Of a stretch of DNA of 64,000 nt, positions 8,663 through 17,483 are shown in pieces. The notes under the pieces are model-generated. The model saw only the letters and a program-made list of their open reading frames with translations. It was not told the origin of the DNA and did not search any database. Positions within the stretch are counted from its first letter, which is position 1, and every line of letters starts with the position of its first letter. The position numbers and the translations under genes are program-made. This DNA comes from Candidatus Limnocylindrales bacterium. GTDB lineage: Bacteria; Chloroflexota; Limnocylindria; Limnocylindrales; CSP1-4. The stretch spans positions 70,888 to 134,887 of the forward strand of contig JBEKMM010000005.1 of assembly GCA_050008515.1 (NCBI GenBank), read 5' to 3'.

Positions 8663-10480
8663 TCAGGCGTCGCGGATGGCGCGGACGCCCAGGCCGGCCA
8701 GGCCGGCGGCCACGGTCAGGATGCCGCAGCCCGCCAGCACGACGTCGAGGCCGAAGATCTGGGCGAAGAGCCCGCTCGTGACCATCGACACGGCGAGCAT
8801 CGCGTTCACCAGCGCGAGGCGGATCGCGACTACTCGCCCGAGCATGTCGTCCGGGGTGCGCTGCTGGAAGACGGTCTGGCTCGGGACGACGAAGGTGACG
8901 TTGGCCAGGCCGACGACCGCCGCCAGCGCCAGCGCCACCCACAGGCTGCCGGTCACCGAGAAGAGGATCAGCGCCGCGCCAAACGCCGTGAACCCGGCCA
9001 CGATCGCCGGCCCCTTGGGGAGGCGCGTCGCGACGGCCCCGATCGCCACGCCGCCGCCCACCAGGCCCACGCCCATCGACATCTCGAAGAAGCCGTACGC
9101 GGTCGGCGCGTCCAGCCTGCCCAGCGGCAGCGCGGCCACGAGCAACGGGGAGAGCGCCATCAGCGCCCCCATTCCATATTCCGCGATCGTGGCCTGGACC
9201 GTCGTCGCGAACAGGACCGTCTCCGCGCGCAGGAACCGCCAGCCGGCCACGAGATCGGCTCGCAGCGAGGCGCGCACACCGCCGGCCCCCGCCCCCACCG
9301 CCGGCACGATGCGCGGGATCGCGACCGCCGCCACCAGCGCACCCGAGGCGAGATAGCTCGCCCCGTCGATCCAGAACGCCAGCGCCAGCGACGATCCCAG
9401 GAACGCCACGAACAGCCCGCCCAGGCCGTAGCCCGCCAGGTCGCTGACGTTGTCCGCCACCCACATCGCCGAGTTGGCCGTGAGCAGGTCCTCGTCCGGG
9501 ACCACCTGCGGGAGCGCCGCCGCGCGAGCCGGCCGGAAGAACGACGAGGCGACCGCGATCAGGAAGACCAGCCCCACGACCAGACCCATGTGCAGGCCCG
9601 AGACGACCGGGATGGCGAACACGAGGGCGGCCCGCACCAGGTCCGAGCCCACCATCACCCACTTGCGGTCCCAGCGATCCACCAGCGCGCCGGCCAGCGG
9701 GCCCACCACCGACGTGGGGATCGTCATGGCGGCGAAGGTCAGGCCGAGCGCCAGCGGCGATCCGTTGGTGGCGCGCGCGACCAGGAAGACGAGCGCGATC
9801 TGGTGGACGCGGTCTCCGAGCGAGCTTACGACCTGGGCCAGCCACATGGCGGAGAACGGGCCGTTCGTCGCCAGCCGGACGTACGGGTGGGCCAGCGCCC
9901 CCGTACGAACAGGGGCGATGGAGACCGAGACCAGGACCGGCGCCCGGACGACCGCGGCGAAGACGAAGAAGGCCAGGCCGGCGCCCAGCAGCAGGTCGCC
10001 CACCGACGCGACCGACTGGATGATCGGGATCGGGATCGGGATGACGTCGGCCAGCGGACCGCCGTGGGCGAGGAAGCCGGCGTCAACGGGGCCGGTCAGC
10101 AGGACGTGGAAGTTCGAATGGACGGCGGACGGGTCGAAGCCGGCGGCAGCCAGGCTGGGCTGCCAGACCGGCATCCAACCGCCGTTGACGACGATGGCGG
10201 TGCCGTTGGCGATCGTGCCGAGCGCGGCGGCCGCGAACCCGGGCAGGCTCCGGTTGGCCAGCAGCGCGGCCGCGAGGTAGACGTACGTGACCAGGACCAG
10301 CCACAGCCGTATGTCGTTCGGAACGCCGCCCGCCGCCAGCGCCGCGTCCAGCCCGAAGCGCGCCCCGGCCGCCACGAGCAGCACCGGCCACCAGCGCAGC
10401 CGGACGTCGAGCAGGTTGTCCAGCCGTCCGCCCGCGGCCAGACCGAGCAAGAACCCGAGGAGTACGCCGAGGACCGGCAC
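8663..10480 (-). CDS. MFS transporter with an extra N-terminal ~190-aa polytopic membrane domain (apparent fusion)
   Basis: 605 aa. Residues about 200-605 have an MFS signature (NGPFSAMWLAQVVSSLGDR, 12 TM). The N-terminal domain is hydrophobic and of unknown function. There is no stop between the two parts, and the start is 4 bp from the HD-GYP stop. Confidence 0.65.
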   Translation of the reverse strand: MPVLGVLLGFLLGLAAGGRLDNLLDVRLRWWPVLLVAAGARFGLDAALAAGGVPNDIRLWLVLVTYVYLAAALLANRSLPGFAAAALGTIANGTAIVVNGGWMPVWQPSLAAAGFDPSAVHSNFHVLLTGPVDAGFLAHGGPLADVIPIPIPIIQSVASVGDLLLGAGLAFFVFAAVVRAPVLVSVSIAPVRTGALAHPYVRLATNGPFSAMWLAQVVSSLGDRVHQIALVFLVARATNGSPLALGLTFAAMTIPTSVVGPLAGALVDRWDRKWVMVGSDLVRAALVFAIPVVSGLHMGLVVGLVFLIAVASSFFRPARAAALPQVVPDEDLLTANSAMWVADNVSDLAGYGLGGLFVAFLGSSLALAFWIDGASYLASGALVAAVAIPRIVPAVGAGAGGVRASLRADLVAGWRFLRAETVLFATTVQATIAEYGMGALMALSPLLVAALPLGRLDAPTAYGFFEMSMGVGLVGGGVAIGAVATRLPKGPAIVAGFTAFGAALILFSVTGSLWVALALAAVVGLANVTFVVPSQTVFQQRTPDDMLGRVVAIRLALVNAMLAVSMVTSGLFAQIFGLDVVLAGCGILTVAAGLAGLGVRAIRDA

Positions 10481-10483
10481 CTG

Positions 10484-11818
10484 CTAGGTGGCTGCGCCGG
10501 CGATCGAGCCCGCCGCCTGGCCGATCAGCGGCACGTCGCGGACATCGTCACGTCCTGGGTCCGGGAGCCCGCGCGCCCACTTCGTCCGAACGAAGGCGTC
10601 TACGACCTCCGGGTCGAACTGGATCCCCCCGAACTTGCGCAGCTCGGCCAGCGCCTGCTCGGGCGTGAGCGCCGTCATCCGATACGGCCGGGGGGCCGTC
10701 ATCGCCTCGAAGGCGTCGGCGACGTGCAGGATTCGAGCCAGCTTGGGGATCTCCTCGCCCGCCAATCGGTCGGGATAGCCCGATCCGTTGAACCACTCGT
10801 GGTGGTGGAGGATGATCGGCAGCTCCGGGGCCAGGTGCTTGACCGGCCTGATGATGTCCGCGCCCAGGACCGGGTGCTTGTTCATCTTCTCCCGCTCCTC
10901 GCGCGTGAGCCGCTCCTGCTTGAGCAACACATCGTCCCGCACGCCGATCTTACCGATGTCGTGGAGGAGGCCGCCCCACTCCAGGGCCTCCAGGTCGTCG
11001 TCGCTCACCTTCATCGCCCGCCCGATGTCCATGGCGATCTCCTGGACCTTGTGGCTGTGGCCGCTGGTTAACGGGTCGCGCTTGTCCACTGCCTCCGCCA
11101 GGCTGGCCACGGTTTCGGTGAACATCTCCCGCACTTCCACGAAGCGCCGAAAGGCCAGCCTGGTCGTGTACAGCGGCACCGCGAACAGCAGCACCGCCCA
11201 CCAAGCGGAGAGGTACATCTGCGCCATAAGCCACGCGACCGGCGCGAGGGCCAGCATGTTGAGGTACGCGCCCCCGGATCCGCGCAGCTGCCTCGATACC
11301 GGTTGCCCCTCCCTCAGAGAGACGAACGTGGCCGTCAGGAGCACGTTCAGCGAGAAGCAGATGAAGGCCGCAAACGTCGTCGCGAGGAAATCCACAGCAG
11401 CGATCTCGCGAGAGGGGATTGCCTGCAGCACGGCTGCCGCGAAAATCGACGGCGCAACAATGACGCAGCGGTTAGCGACAACGCCGTACCACGGGACTTC
11501 GCCCCTGACTTCCCGGGCCTGAGTGGTTCCGATCAGACTGACCCATCCCGCGACGGCGGCTCCCCCAAGGGTCATGGTGGCGACAAGCGGAGCAAAGGCC
11601 ACGTCCAGCGAGCTGCCGCTCGGCATGCGCACTGGAAGCGAAGAACCAAGGAGAGTCAGGCAAACCCAGAAGGCGACACCTGCCAGAACGCCGCTGGAGG
11701 TCCTGTTGACAGATATGTCTTCGGTCGGCTTGCAGAAGTAAGAAACGGCCGCCAGCAATGCGGCCGTTCCGACCGTTGCGCAGACCAGCGTGACCAAGAG
11801 CCGTCGATTCATGGACAC
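10484..11818 (-). CDS. Membrane-anchored HD-GYP domain phosphohydrolase (likely c-di-GMP phosphodiesterase)
   Basis: N-terminal multi-TM sensor region, then HKVQEIA, HDIGK, and HHEWFNGSGYP (HD-GYP). Confidence 0.8.
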   Translation of the reverse strand: MSMNRRLLVTLVCATVGTAALLAAVSYFCKPTEDISVNRTSSGVLAGVAFWVCLTLLGSSLPVRMPSGSSLDVAFAPLVATMTLGGAAVAGWVSLIGTTQAREVRGEVPWYGVVANRCVIVAPSIFAAAVLQAIPSREIAAVDFLATTFAAFICFSLNVLLTATFVSLREGQPVSRQLRGSGGAYLNMLALAPVAWLMAQMYLSAWWAVLLFAVPLYTTRLAFRRFVEVREMFTETVASLAEAVDKRDPLTSGHSHKVQEIAMDIGRAMKVSDDDLEALEWGGLLHDIGKIGVRDDVLLKQERLTREEREKMNKHPVLGADIIRPVKHLAPELPIILHHHEWFNGSGYPDRLAGEEIPKLARILHVADAFEAMTAPRPYRMTALTPEQALAELRKFGGIQFDPEVVDAFVRTKWARGLPDPGRDDVRDVPLIGQAAGSIAGAAT

Positions 11819-11972
11819 CTCATCGACGGCGGAACGCTACATCCTGCGAGTATCCCGGCCAATCGGCCAGATGTACTCAGAACGGCCGGTAGCTGGCTTC
11901 AGCGGCGAGGGCAACGAGCAGCGTTAGCGAAAGTGCACGCAGAGTTGCGCGAAGGCGAGCACTCATGACAGT

Positions 11973-12050
11973 GACCACGGCTTGTTGATCCGCTCTGCCG
12001 ACCACGGCTTGTTGATCCGCTCTGGCGACCACGGCTTGTTGATCCGCTCG
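11973..12050. repeat. Three tandem copies of a 27-bp unit GACCACGGCTTGTTGATCCGCTCTG(C/G)C
   Basis: Direct reading: copies at 11973-11999, 12000-12026 and 12027-~12050 (the third diverges at its end). The site lies about 150-230 bp upstream of the HD-GYP start, in a 760-bp gene-free island. Confidence 0.85.
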
Positions 12051-12577
12051 GGGGACACGAGAGTCCGCTCCTAGATGGCGAGCAACGCGCGGCGGGTCGC
12101 ACTAGCTGCTAGGTCCCTGCTCAAGTGCCCGAGTTCGGCCGGGGCCGCCAAGCGTCCGAGCGTTCTCATCCGGAGGGCATGAGATGACGTCAGCCCCGGA
12201 CCTTTGGCAGGTTAGGAAGCCAAAAGTACTCGGGTCAATACGCTATCTGTCCTACCCTCGGGACGTCACCAGGTCAAATCGACCCCCAAAGGCGGCCGCT
12301 CGACCGCCAATTGCCCTCGAATGAAGCGCCCGTGATGCGCGTCGTGGTCGGCAGCGCTACTCCTTTCGCCCCGACCACTTACGGGTTTCGCAGCTCGGCC
12401 GGCAGTACCGCTGCCCGCCCGTGTGGATGCCATGGCCGCCAATGTCCGTAGTGGCGGCCGAATTCGTGGCCGAGGTCATCCCACTAATCGAGGCCTACAT
12501 CGCCAGGCACCCTGACCAGCTTACGACGCTGCGTTGCCCGCTGGCCCGCTGGCCCGTTGGCCCGCCGGCCGCGCCGG

Positions 12578-13882
12578 TCAGGTGCCCTGGGCGACCGTCT
12601 CCGGGGCCGGGGTGTAGCCCTGCGTCCATGTCGCGGGCACGTACGTCGGCACGACCTGGATGAAGATCTGCCCTCGGACCATCGGAACCGGCTGGCCCTT
12701 GTTCGGACCGGTCGCGTACGTGAGGAGCGTGGGAGCGTATTCCTTCTTCTTGGTCCAGATCGCCTGGGTCGCGATGCCGTTGTTGAAGACCATCGCGTTG
12801 CCGTGGCCGATGTACTGCACGTCCAGGCGGTGCTTCGTCAGGGCGGCTGGGCTGCCCCGGAGCATGCCGACGTTCATGAAGAGCAGGATGACGTTCGAGG
12901 GTGCGATGCGCTCATCGGTGGCGGCGTCCTTCTCGGCGCCTTCGATTTGCACCGTGCGCGGATACGTGTTCGTCTTCCAGTCGTAGGCGTAGGAGACGTG
13001 GTTGGCGCTGTAGGGGATGGTGATCGTGCCGCCCACGAGTCGGGAGCTGGCGGGGAGCGGATCCGCGAAGGTGAAGGGCGACGTCGTGAGGGCCGCCTTG
13101 CCGCCGAGCCTCTGCGTCAGCGCCTCCAGCTTGTTGTACGAGCTGTAGAGGTTGTGGGGCGCCGCTCGGAACGCCGTCCGCCACATGTAGCCGCTCATGC
13201 CGCCAAAGCGGAGCCCGTCGATGTTGTAGATGTACTTGCCGTTGTCGGTGGCCAGGCGGTTCATTGCGTTGGGCGCGCCCCACATGTGCACGTACGCGGC
13301 CTTGTACTCCTCCGCCCAGGCCACGAAGTAGAGCCTGGCGCTGCGGATCGGTCCGATGGCCGGCGGGGCCTGCGTCTGGAATAGCGCCATGTAGCGCGGA
13401 ATGCCGCCCTCGGCAGGACCCTGATAGACGATGTTGGCCATCGACAGTCCCGATTGCGGCCTGGCGCCCCAGTGGTCGTCGATCATGACGGCGATCGGTT
13501 TGCGCGTGGCCAGCTCGGCCTGGTCGGCGGGGAGCCACACCCCATCGGTGGTGGCAGCCACCATCGGCGCCGGGGTGGGCGTGGGGGACGGCGTCGGGAT
13601 CAGCGTGGGCGTGGCCGTCGGCGTCGGCGTGGCTGTGGGCGTGGGCGCGGCGGTGGCTTCGGCGATCTCGGTCGGGCTCGGGGTCGGCGTCGCCGAGCTG
13701 CTCGAGATCTGCGCGACGGCGATGCCGCTGCCCACCAGGGCGACCACGATCACGACGGCGGCCCCGACCACGACCGGACGGCGCGAAAGAAGGCTTCGCA
13801 CGAACGCGGGCGACCGCCCGACCGCGGCACGGCCGCGCCCGAGAAGGCTGCGAATGAGCACGAAGGGGCCCCCACCTTTCAT
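12578..13882 (-). CDS. DUF3048 domain protein (YerB-like), membrane-anchored with Pro/Thr linker
   Basis: N-terminal TM, PTPT linker, and IAVMIDDHWGARPQSGLSMANIVYQGPAEGGIPRYMALF typical of DUF3048. Confidence 0.65.
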   Translation of the reverse strand: MKGGGPFVLIRSLLGRGRAAVGRSPAFVRSLLSRRPVVVGAAVVIVVALVGSGIAVAQISSSSATPTPSPTEIAEATAAPTPTATPTPTATPTLIPTPSPTPTPAPMVAATTDGVWLPADQAELATRKPIAVMIDDHWGARPQSGLSMANIVYQGPAEGGIPRYMALFQTQAPPAIGPIRSARLYFVAWAEEYKAAYVHMWGAPNAMNRLATDNGKYIYNIDGLRFGGMSGYMWRTAFRAAPHNLYSSYNKLEALTQRLGGKAALTTSPFTFADPLPASSRLVGGTITIPYSANHVSYAYDWKTNTYPRTVQIEGAEKDAATDERIAPSNVILLFMNVGMLRGSPAALTKHRLDVQYIGHGNAMVFNNGIATQAIWTKKKEYAPTLLTYATGPNKGQPVPMVRGQIFIQVVPTYVPATWTQGYTPAPETVAQGT

Positions 13883-13939
13883 GCCCGGAAGCCTATCACG
13901 CTCGCCAGACGGCGACGTTTTCAGAATCTCCCGCGCCGG

Positions 13940-14143
13940 CTACGACTCGTATTCGAAGCCGAGCTTCATCTGGACGCGGTACTCCACGATCTCGCCGTTC
14001 TCGACGCGGGCGGTCGACTGGACCACCTCGATCGTCCGGATGTTGCGGACCGTCTTGGATGCCAGGGTCACGGCCTGGCGCGCCGCGTCGCTCCATGAAT
14101 GCGGGCTGGTGCCCACCATCTCTCGCACGATGATCGCGCCCAT
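13940..14143 (-). CDS. Dodecin family flavin-binding protein
   Basis: 67 aa MGAIIVREMVGTSPHSWSDAARQAVTLASKTVRNIRTIEVVQSTARVENGEIVEYRVQMKLGFEYES. ATG 14143 with strong RBS AAGGAGGAG. The rest of ORF 13940..14350 was rejected. Confidence 0.8.
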   Translation of the reverse strand: MGAIIVREMVGTSPHSWSDAARQAVTLASKTVRNIRTIEVVQSTARVENGEIVEYRVQMKLGFEYES

Positions 14144-14266
14144 CGGTCTCCTCCTTTGGCGGGCTAAGTGGCGCCCTACTGGCCGAAGTGTAGGGCCAGA
14201 GGGTCGCGTCCCCACGTCGGTTGGTGGCGCTGGTACTGGGCGCCGACCCACAGGGCGCCTCAAGTA

Positions 14267-14301
14267 TTGACAGTACTCAGCCGATGTTCGATTATCGAAC
14301 A
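14267..14301 (+). promoter_or_regulatory. Putative promoter (TTGACA -35) with a perfect 17-bp palindromic operator TGTTCGATTATCGAACA overlapping the -10, upstream of the XRE gene
   Basis: TTGACA at 14267-14272. Palindrome 14285-14301 (8+1+8, perfect). It sits 19 bp upstream of the XRE ATG with RBS GAGAAGGGAG. Confidence 0.5.
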
Positions 14302-14319
14302 CGAGAGAAGGGAGCTGGG

Positions 14320-14649
14320 ATGAATGACCTAGCGGCCCGCATTCGGGCATTGAGGGAACAGCACGGCTGGAATCAAGCGGACCTTGCCGAGGCAGCCGGC
14401 AACGGCTTGGATCGCGTGAAGGTCAATAAGATCGAGGGCGGGACGCGGAAGTTGAGCTCCATGGAGTTCGCGGCGATCGCCGAGGCGCTGCATGTTCGGA
14501 CGGATGATCTGCTGCAGCCAGAGCCCGCCGTCAGTGCGTACCGCGCCGAGAACGCCGATTCGCCGGCGGCGCGCGAGGCCATGGAATGGTTCGATGGGTT
14601 CATAAGGGACTACCGTCGGATGCAGCGTCTGGACCGCCTTGGTGCCTGA
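14320..14649 (+). CDS. XRE-family helix-turn-helix transcriptional regulator
   Basis: MNDLAARIRALREQHGWNQADLAEAAG... HTH_3 signature. ATG 14320 with RBS. The upstream part of ORF 14221..14649 was rejected. Confidence 0.8.
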   Translation: MNDLAARIRALREQHGWNQADLAEAAGNGLDRVKVNKIEGGTRKLSSMEFAAIAEALHVRTDDLLQPEPAVSAYRAENADSPAAREAMEWFDGFIRDYRRMQRLDRLGA

Positions 14650-14662
14650 GCCCCGGCCGAGA

Positions 14663-15421
14663 ATGGCCGCTCACGCACTCCGCCAGGAGTTGGCCCTCGG
14701 CCATGGATGGGTCGATCCGTTCGCCGCTCTGAGGCAGCGGGGCGTGGTGCTCGTCCGCCATGCCGTGAAGGATGAGGGAGATCTCGACGGCAACTACCGC
14801 CTTGTCGACGATCAGGCCTTCGTGTTTGTCAACTCAAGCCGCCCGGCCGTCCGGCAGCGATTCACGGCGGCCCACGAGTTGGCCCATCACGAGCTGGACG
14901 TGGCGTCGGTACGAGCCAACATCGTCGACGCGGATGTCTACGGCGTCCAAGGCACTCACCGAGACATGAACTTCTTCGCCGCGGCATTCCTGATCGACCA
15001 GGCGGGGGCATGCCAGATGAGAGACGAGGGCCTGGCTGGCGAGGCTCTCGTGGCGGCGACGATCGCCAGGTTCGAAGTCAGCTTCAAGGCGGCGGCCATC
15101 GAGCTGAAGTACCTACACCTGATCACAACGCAGCAGTACGACGATCTGGTCGCCAGGCACGCAGACGAGGAGTTCCGGGTAGGGGAGTTCGTTGCCCAGT
15201 TCGGGCACACGATGCCCACTGGCCCAAGTGTTTCTGAAGAACTGGACCCCAGCTTCCTGGCGATGGTCAAGCGCCGCTATGAGCGCGGCGGTCTGAACCT
15301 CACGGCGGTGGCGGCGGCTCTGCGCACGAGCATGCAGGGAGCGCAGGGTTGGTTAGAGGAAGCGGGCGCTAAAGGGCCTGTGGTCGTCCAAGACGACGGC
15401 GGGTTCTATTTGCCGGAATAG
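14663..15421 (+). CDS. ImmA/IrrE family metallo-endopeptidase (COG2856/DUF955)
   Basis: HEXXH as AAHELAHHELD, about 250 aa, immediately downstream of the XRE gene (alternative TTG start 14639 overlaps the XRE end). Confidence 0.75.
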   Translation: MAAHALRQELALGHGWVDPFAALRQRGVVLVRHAVKDEGDLDGNYRLVDDQAFVFVNSSRPAVRQRFTAAHELAHHELDVASVRANIVDADVYGVQGTHRDMNFFAAAFLIDQAGACQMRDEGLAGEALVAATIARFEVSFKAAAIELKYLHLITTQQYDDLVARHADEEFRVGEFVAQFGHTMPTGPSVSEELDPSFLAMVKRRYERGGLNLTAVAAALRTSMQGAQGWLEEAGAKGPVVVQDDGGFYLPE

Positions 15422-15429
15422 GGGGACGA

Positions 15430-16104
15430 TCAGGCATTCGCCCGCACACTGCTTAGCCGCTCGAGGAAAGCCTTCTGGCCTGGGGGTTCCGCGCTGAGCC
15501 ACAGATACCCCTTCATGCCGTGCGTGTGCACCATCGACTGATAGCCGCGCCAGGCTTCCATCGGGTCGAGGTAGCCCTGGTGGACGAACAGGGCGACGAC
15601 GGAGAATGGGTTGACCGTATGCACCTTCAAGAGCCGGGCGCTGACTGTTGCATCGTGATCGTTGGTGACGAAGGTCCAGCCAGCGGCAGCGTTGCGCCGG
15701 CGGAGGCAGACCACGATCGATTCAGCTTCGCCTAGGTTGTACCTGGCGTCATACGACAATCCATGCTTGGCTTCCCAGTCTCGTTGCAAGTCCAACACCG
15801 TCTGCAGTTCGTCTCTGTCCAGCAGCCCTTCCGGAGACCAATACCGGGGCAAGTGGAAAAAGCTCTCGATCTTCGGGGTGCCGTGCTTCTGATTGAGCAG
15901 CTCTCGATGGACCGCATCGGCCACGTGGAGACGTCCATCGAACGCCATCCGCAGGTGCTCTTCCCAGTCAACGCAGCAGAGGTAGCGGACGACGTGAGTG
16001 TCGACGACGACCTGTCTGGCCGCGAGGATTGTCAGATCCCCCGGCGCTGGTCGAGCGGCCGGTGGCCCGACGCCGGTCGCGGCTGACCCACCCGTTCCCG
16101 TCAA
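15430..16104 (-). CDS. PIN-like domain protein (DUF4411-like), hypothetical nuclease
   Basis: The frame continues from ORF 15430..16305, but a start must lie below the dnaB stop (16134); TTG 16104 is proposed. VVVDTHVV (β1 Asp), NLGEAESIVV and FVTNDHDA (TxD motif) fit a PIN fold. Convergent with and 8 bp from ImmA. Function is uncertain. Confidence 0.45.
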   Translation of the reverse strand: MTGTGGSAATGVGPPAARPAPGDLTILAARQVVVDTHVVRYLCCVDWEEHLRMAFDGRLHVADAVHRELLNQKHGTPKIESFFHLPRYWSPEGLLDRDELQTVLDLQRDWEAKHGLSYDARYNLGEAESIVVCLRRRNAAAGWTFVTNDHDATVSARLLKVHTVNPFSVVALFVHQGYLDPMEAWRGYQSMVHTHGMKGYLWLSAEPPGQKAFLERLSSVRANA

Positions 16105-16133
16105 GAGTGCTCGCCCCCGCGCGCCTGCACGTC

Positions 16134-17483
16134 TCAGACCGCCTCGGCGTAGCGCTCGGCCGCATAGCTCACGAAGCGGGTCTGGCTCTTCTTGAACCAT
16201 AGCTTGACTTCGCCCGTGGGGCCATTTCGATGCTTGGCCAGGCGCAGGTTCACGACCTCGCCGTCCGACTCGCTCTCCTCGCCGGGCTTGTCCCTCTCCC
16301 GCCACAGGAAGAGGACCAGGTCCGCGTCCTGCTCGATGGCGCCCGACTCCCGCAGGTCCGACAGGCGGGGCTCGCGCGACTCGCGCATCTCCGGCTGGCG
16401 CGAGAGCTGGGAGAGGGCGAGGACCGGCACCTTGAGCTCGCGGGCGAGGGACTTGAGCCCGCGGCTGATCTCGGACACCTCCTGGACGCGGTTGGCGTCG
16501 CGGTTGTTGGTGGTCGCCTGCATGAGCTGCAGGTAGTCCACGATCAGCAGGTCCAGCCCGTGCTCCGCCTGGAGCCGGCGGGCCTTGGTTCGAAGCTCCA
16601 TGGTGCTGATGGCCGGCGTGTCGTCGATGAAGAGCGGGGCTTCCGACAGGGAGTTCATCGCCGGCGCGATCCGGGCGAAGTCCATCTCCTCGAGAAAGCC
16701 CGACCGAAGCCGCTGCGAGTCGATCGAGGCGACGCTGGAGAGCAGGCGCAGGACGAGCTGCTCCTTGCTCATCTCCAGGCTGAAGACACCGACGGTCTTG
16801 CCCTCGCGCACGGCGGCGTGCTCGGCGATGTTGAGAGCCAGGCTGGTCTTGCCCACGCTGGGCCGGGCCGCCAGGACGATCAGGTCGTTCGCCTGGAAAC
16901 CGGTCGTGAGCAGGTCCAGGTCCGGGAAGCCCGAGGCGATGCCGATGATCTCGCCGCGGTGGGCGTGCAGGAAGTCCAGCCGGTCGTAGGCGTCGTGGAG
17001 GAGGGCCTTGAGGGCGCTGAAGCTGTCGCCCGAGCGGCGCTGGCTGACCGAGAACAGCTCGGCCTCCGACCGATCGATCGCCTCCTGGATGTCCGGTCCA
17101 TCCTCGTAGCCGATGGCTGCGATCTTGCCGGCCGCCTGGATCAGCCGCCGGAGGAGGGCCTTGCGCTCGACGATTCGGCCGTACTGGGCGACGTGGACCG
17201 CGGTGGGAGTGTCGTTGCCAAGGGTGGAGAGGTAGCTCGCGCCGCCCACCGCCTCGAGCTCGTTGGCGCGCTCGAGCGCCTCCGCGACCGTGACCACGTC
17301 GATCGGCTCGCGATGCTCGAAGAGATCCAGCATCGCCGCGTAGATGCGGCCGTGGGCCTGGCGGTAGAAGTCCTCCGCGTGGAGGAAATCCGCGACCTCG
17401 ATGATCGCGTCGCGATCGATGAGGATGGACCCGAGCACGGCCTGCTCGGAATCCATGTTCTGGGGCGGCAGTCGATCGATCAC
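16134..17483 (-). CDS. dnaB: Replicative DNA helicase DnaB
   Basis: PPQNMDSEQAVLGSIL N-terminus, Walker A GARPSVGKTSLAL, and full-length 449 aa with no intein. Confidence 0.9.
   Translation of the reverse strand: MIDRLPPQNMDSEQAVLGSILIDRDAIIEVADFLHAEDFYRQAHGRIYAAMLDLFEHREPIDVVTVAEALERANELEAVGGASYLSTLGNDTPTAVHVAQYGRIVERKALLRRLIQAAGKIAAIGYEDGPDIQEAIDRSEAELFSVSQRRSGDSFSALKALLHDAYDRLDFLHAHRGEIIGIASGFPDLDLLTTGFQANDLIVLAARPSVGKTSLALNIAEHAAVREGKTVGVFSLEMSKEQLVLRLLSSVASIDSQRLRSGFLEEMDFARIAPAMNSLSEAPLFIDDTPAISTMELRTKARRLQAEHGLDLLIVDYLQLMQATTNNRDANRVQEVSEISRGLKSLARELKVPVLALSQLSRQPEMRESREPRLSDLRESGAIEQDADLVLFLWRERDKPGEESESDGEVVNLRLAKHRNGPTGEVKLWFKKSQTRFVSYAAERYAEAV

Noticed and set aside
11973-12050. 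Possible CRISPR array
   Set aside because: The three repeats are directly abutting with no spacers, and no cas genes are present.
11899-12102. 67-aa minus-strand ORF encoding STSRGRQSG repeats
   Set aside because: It is a translation artefact of the 27-bp tandem DNA repeat, with no start context and no protein-like composition.
12190-12230. SRP-RNA-like GGAAGCCAA motif
   Set aside because: It has only a short partial resemblance to the 4.5S RNA domain IV, with no flanking helices I could verify by eye.
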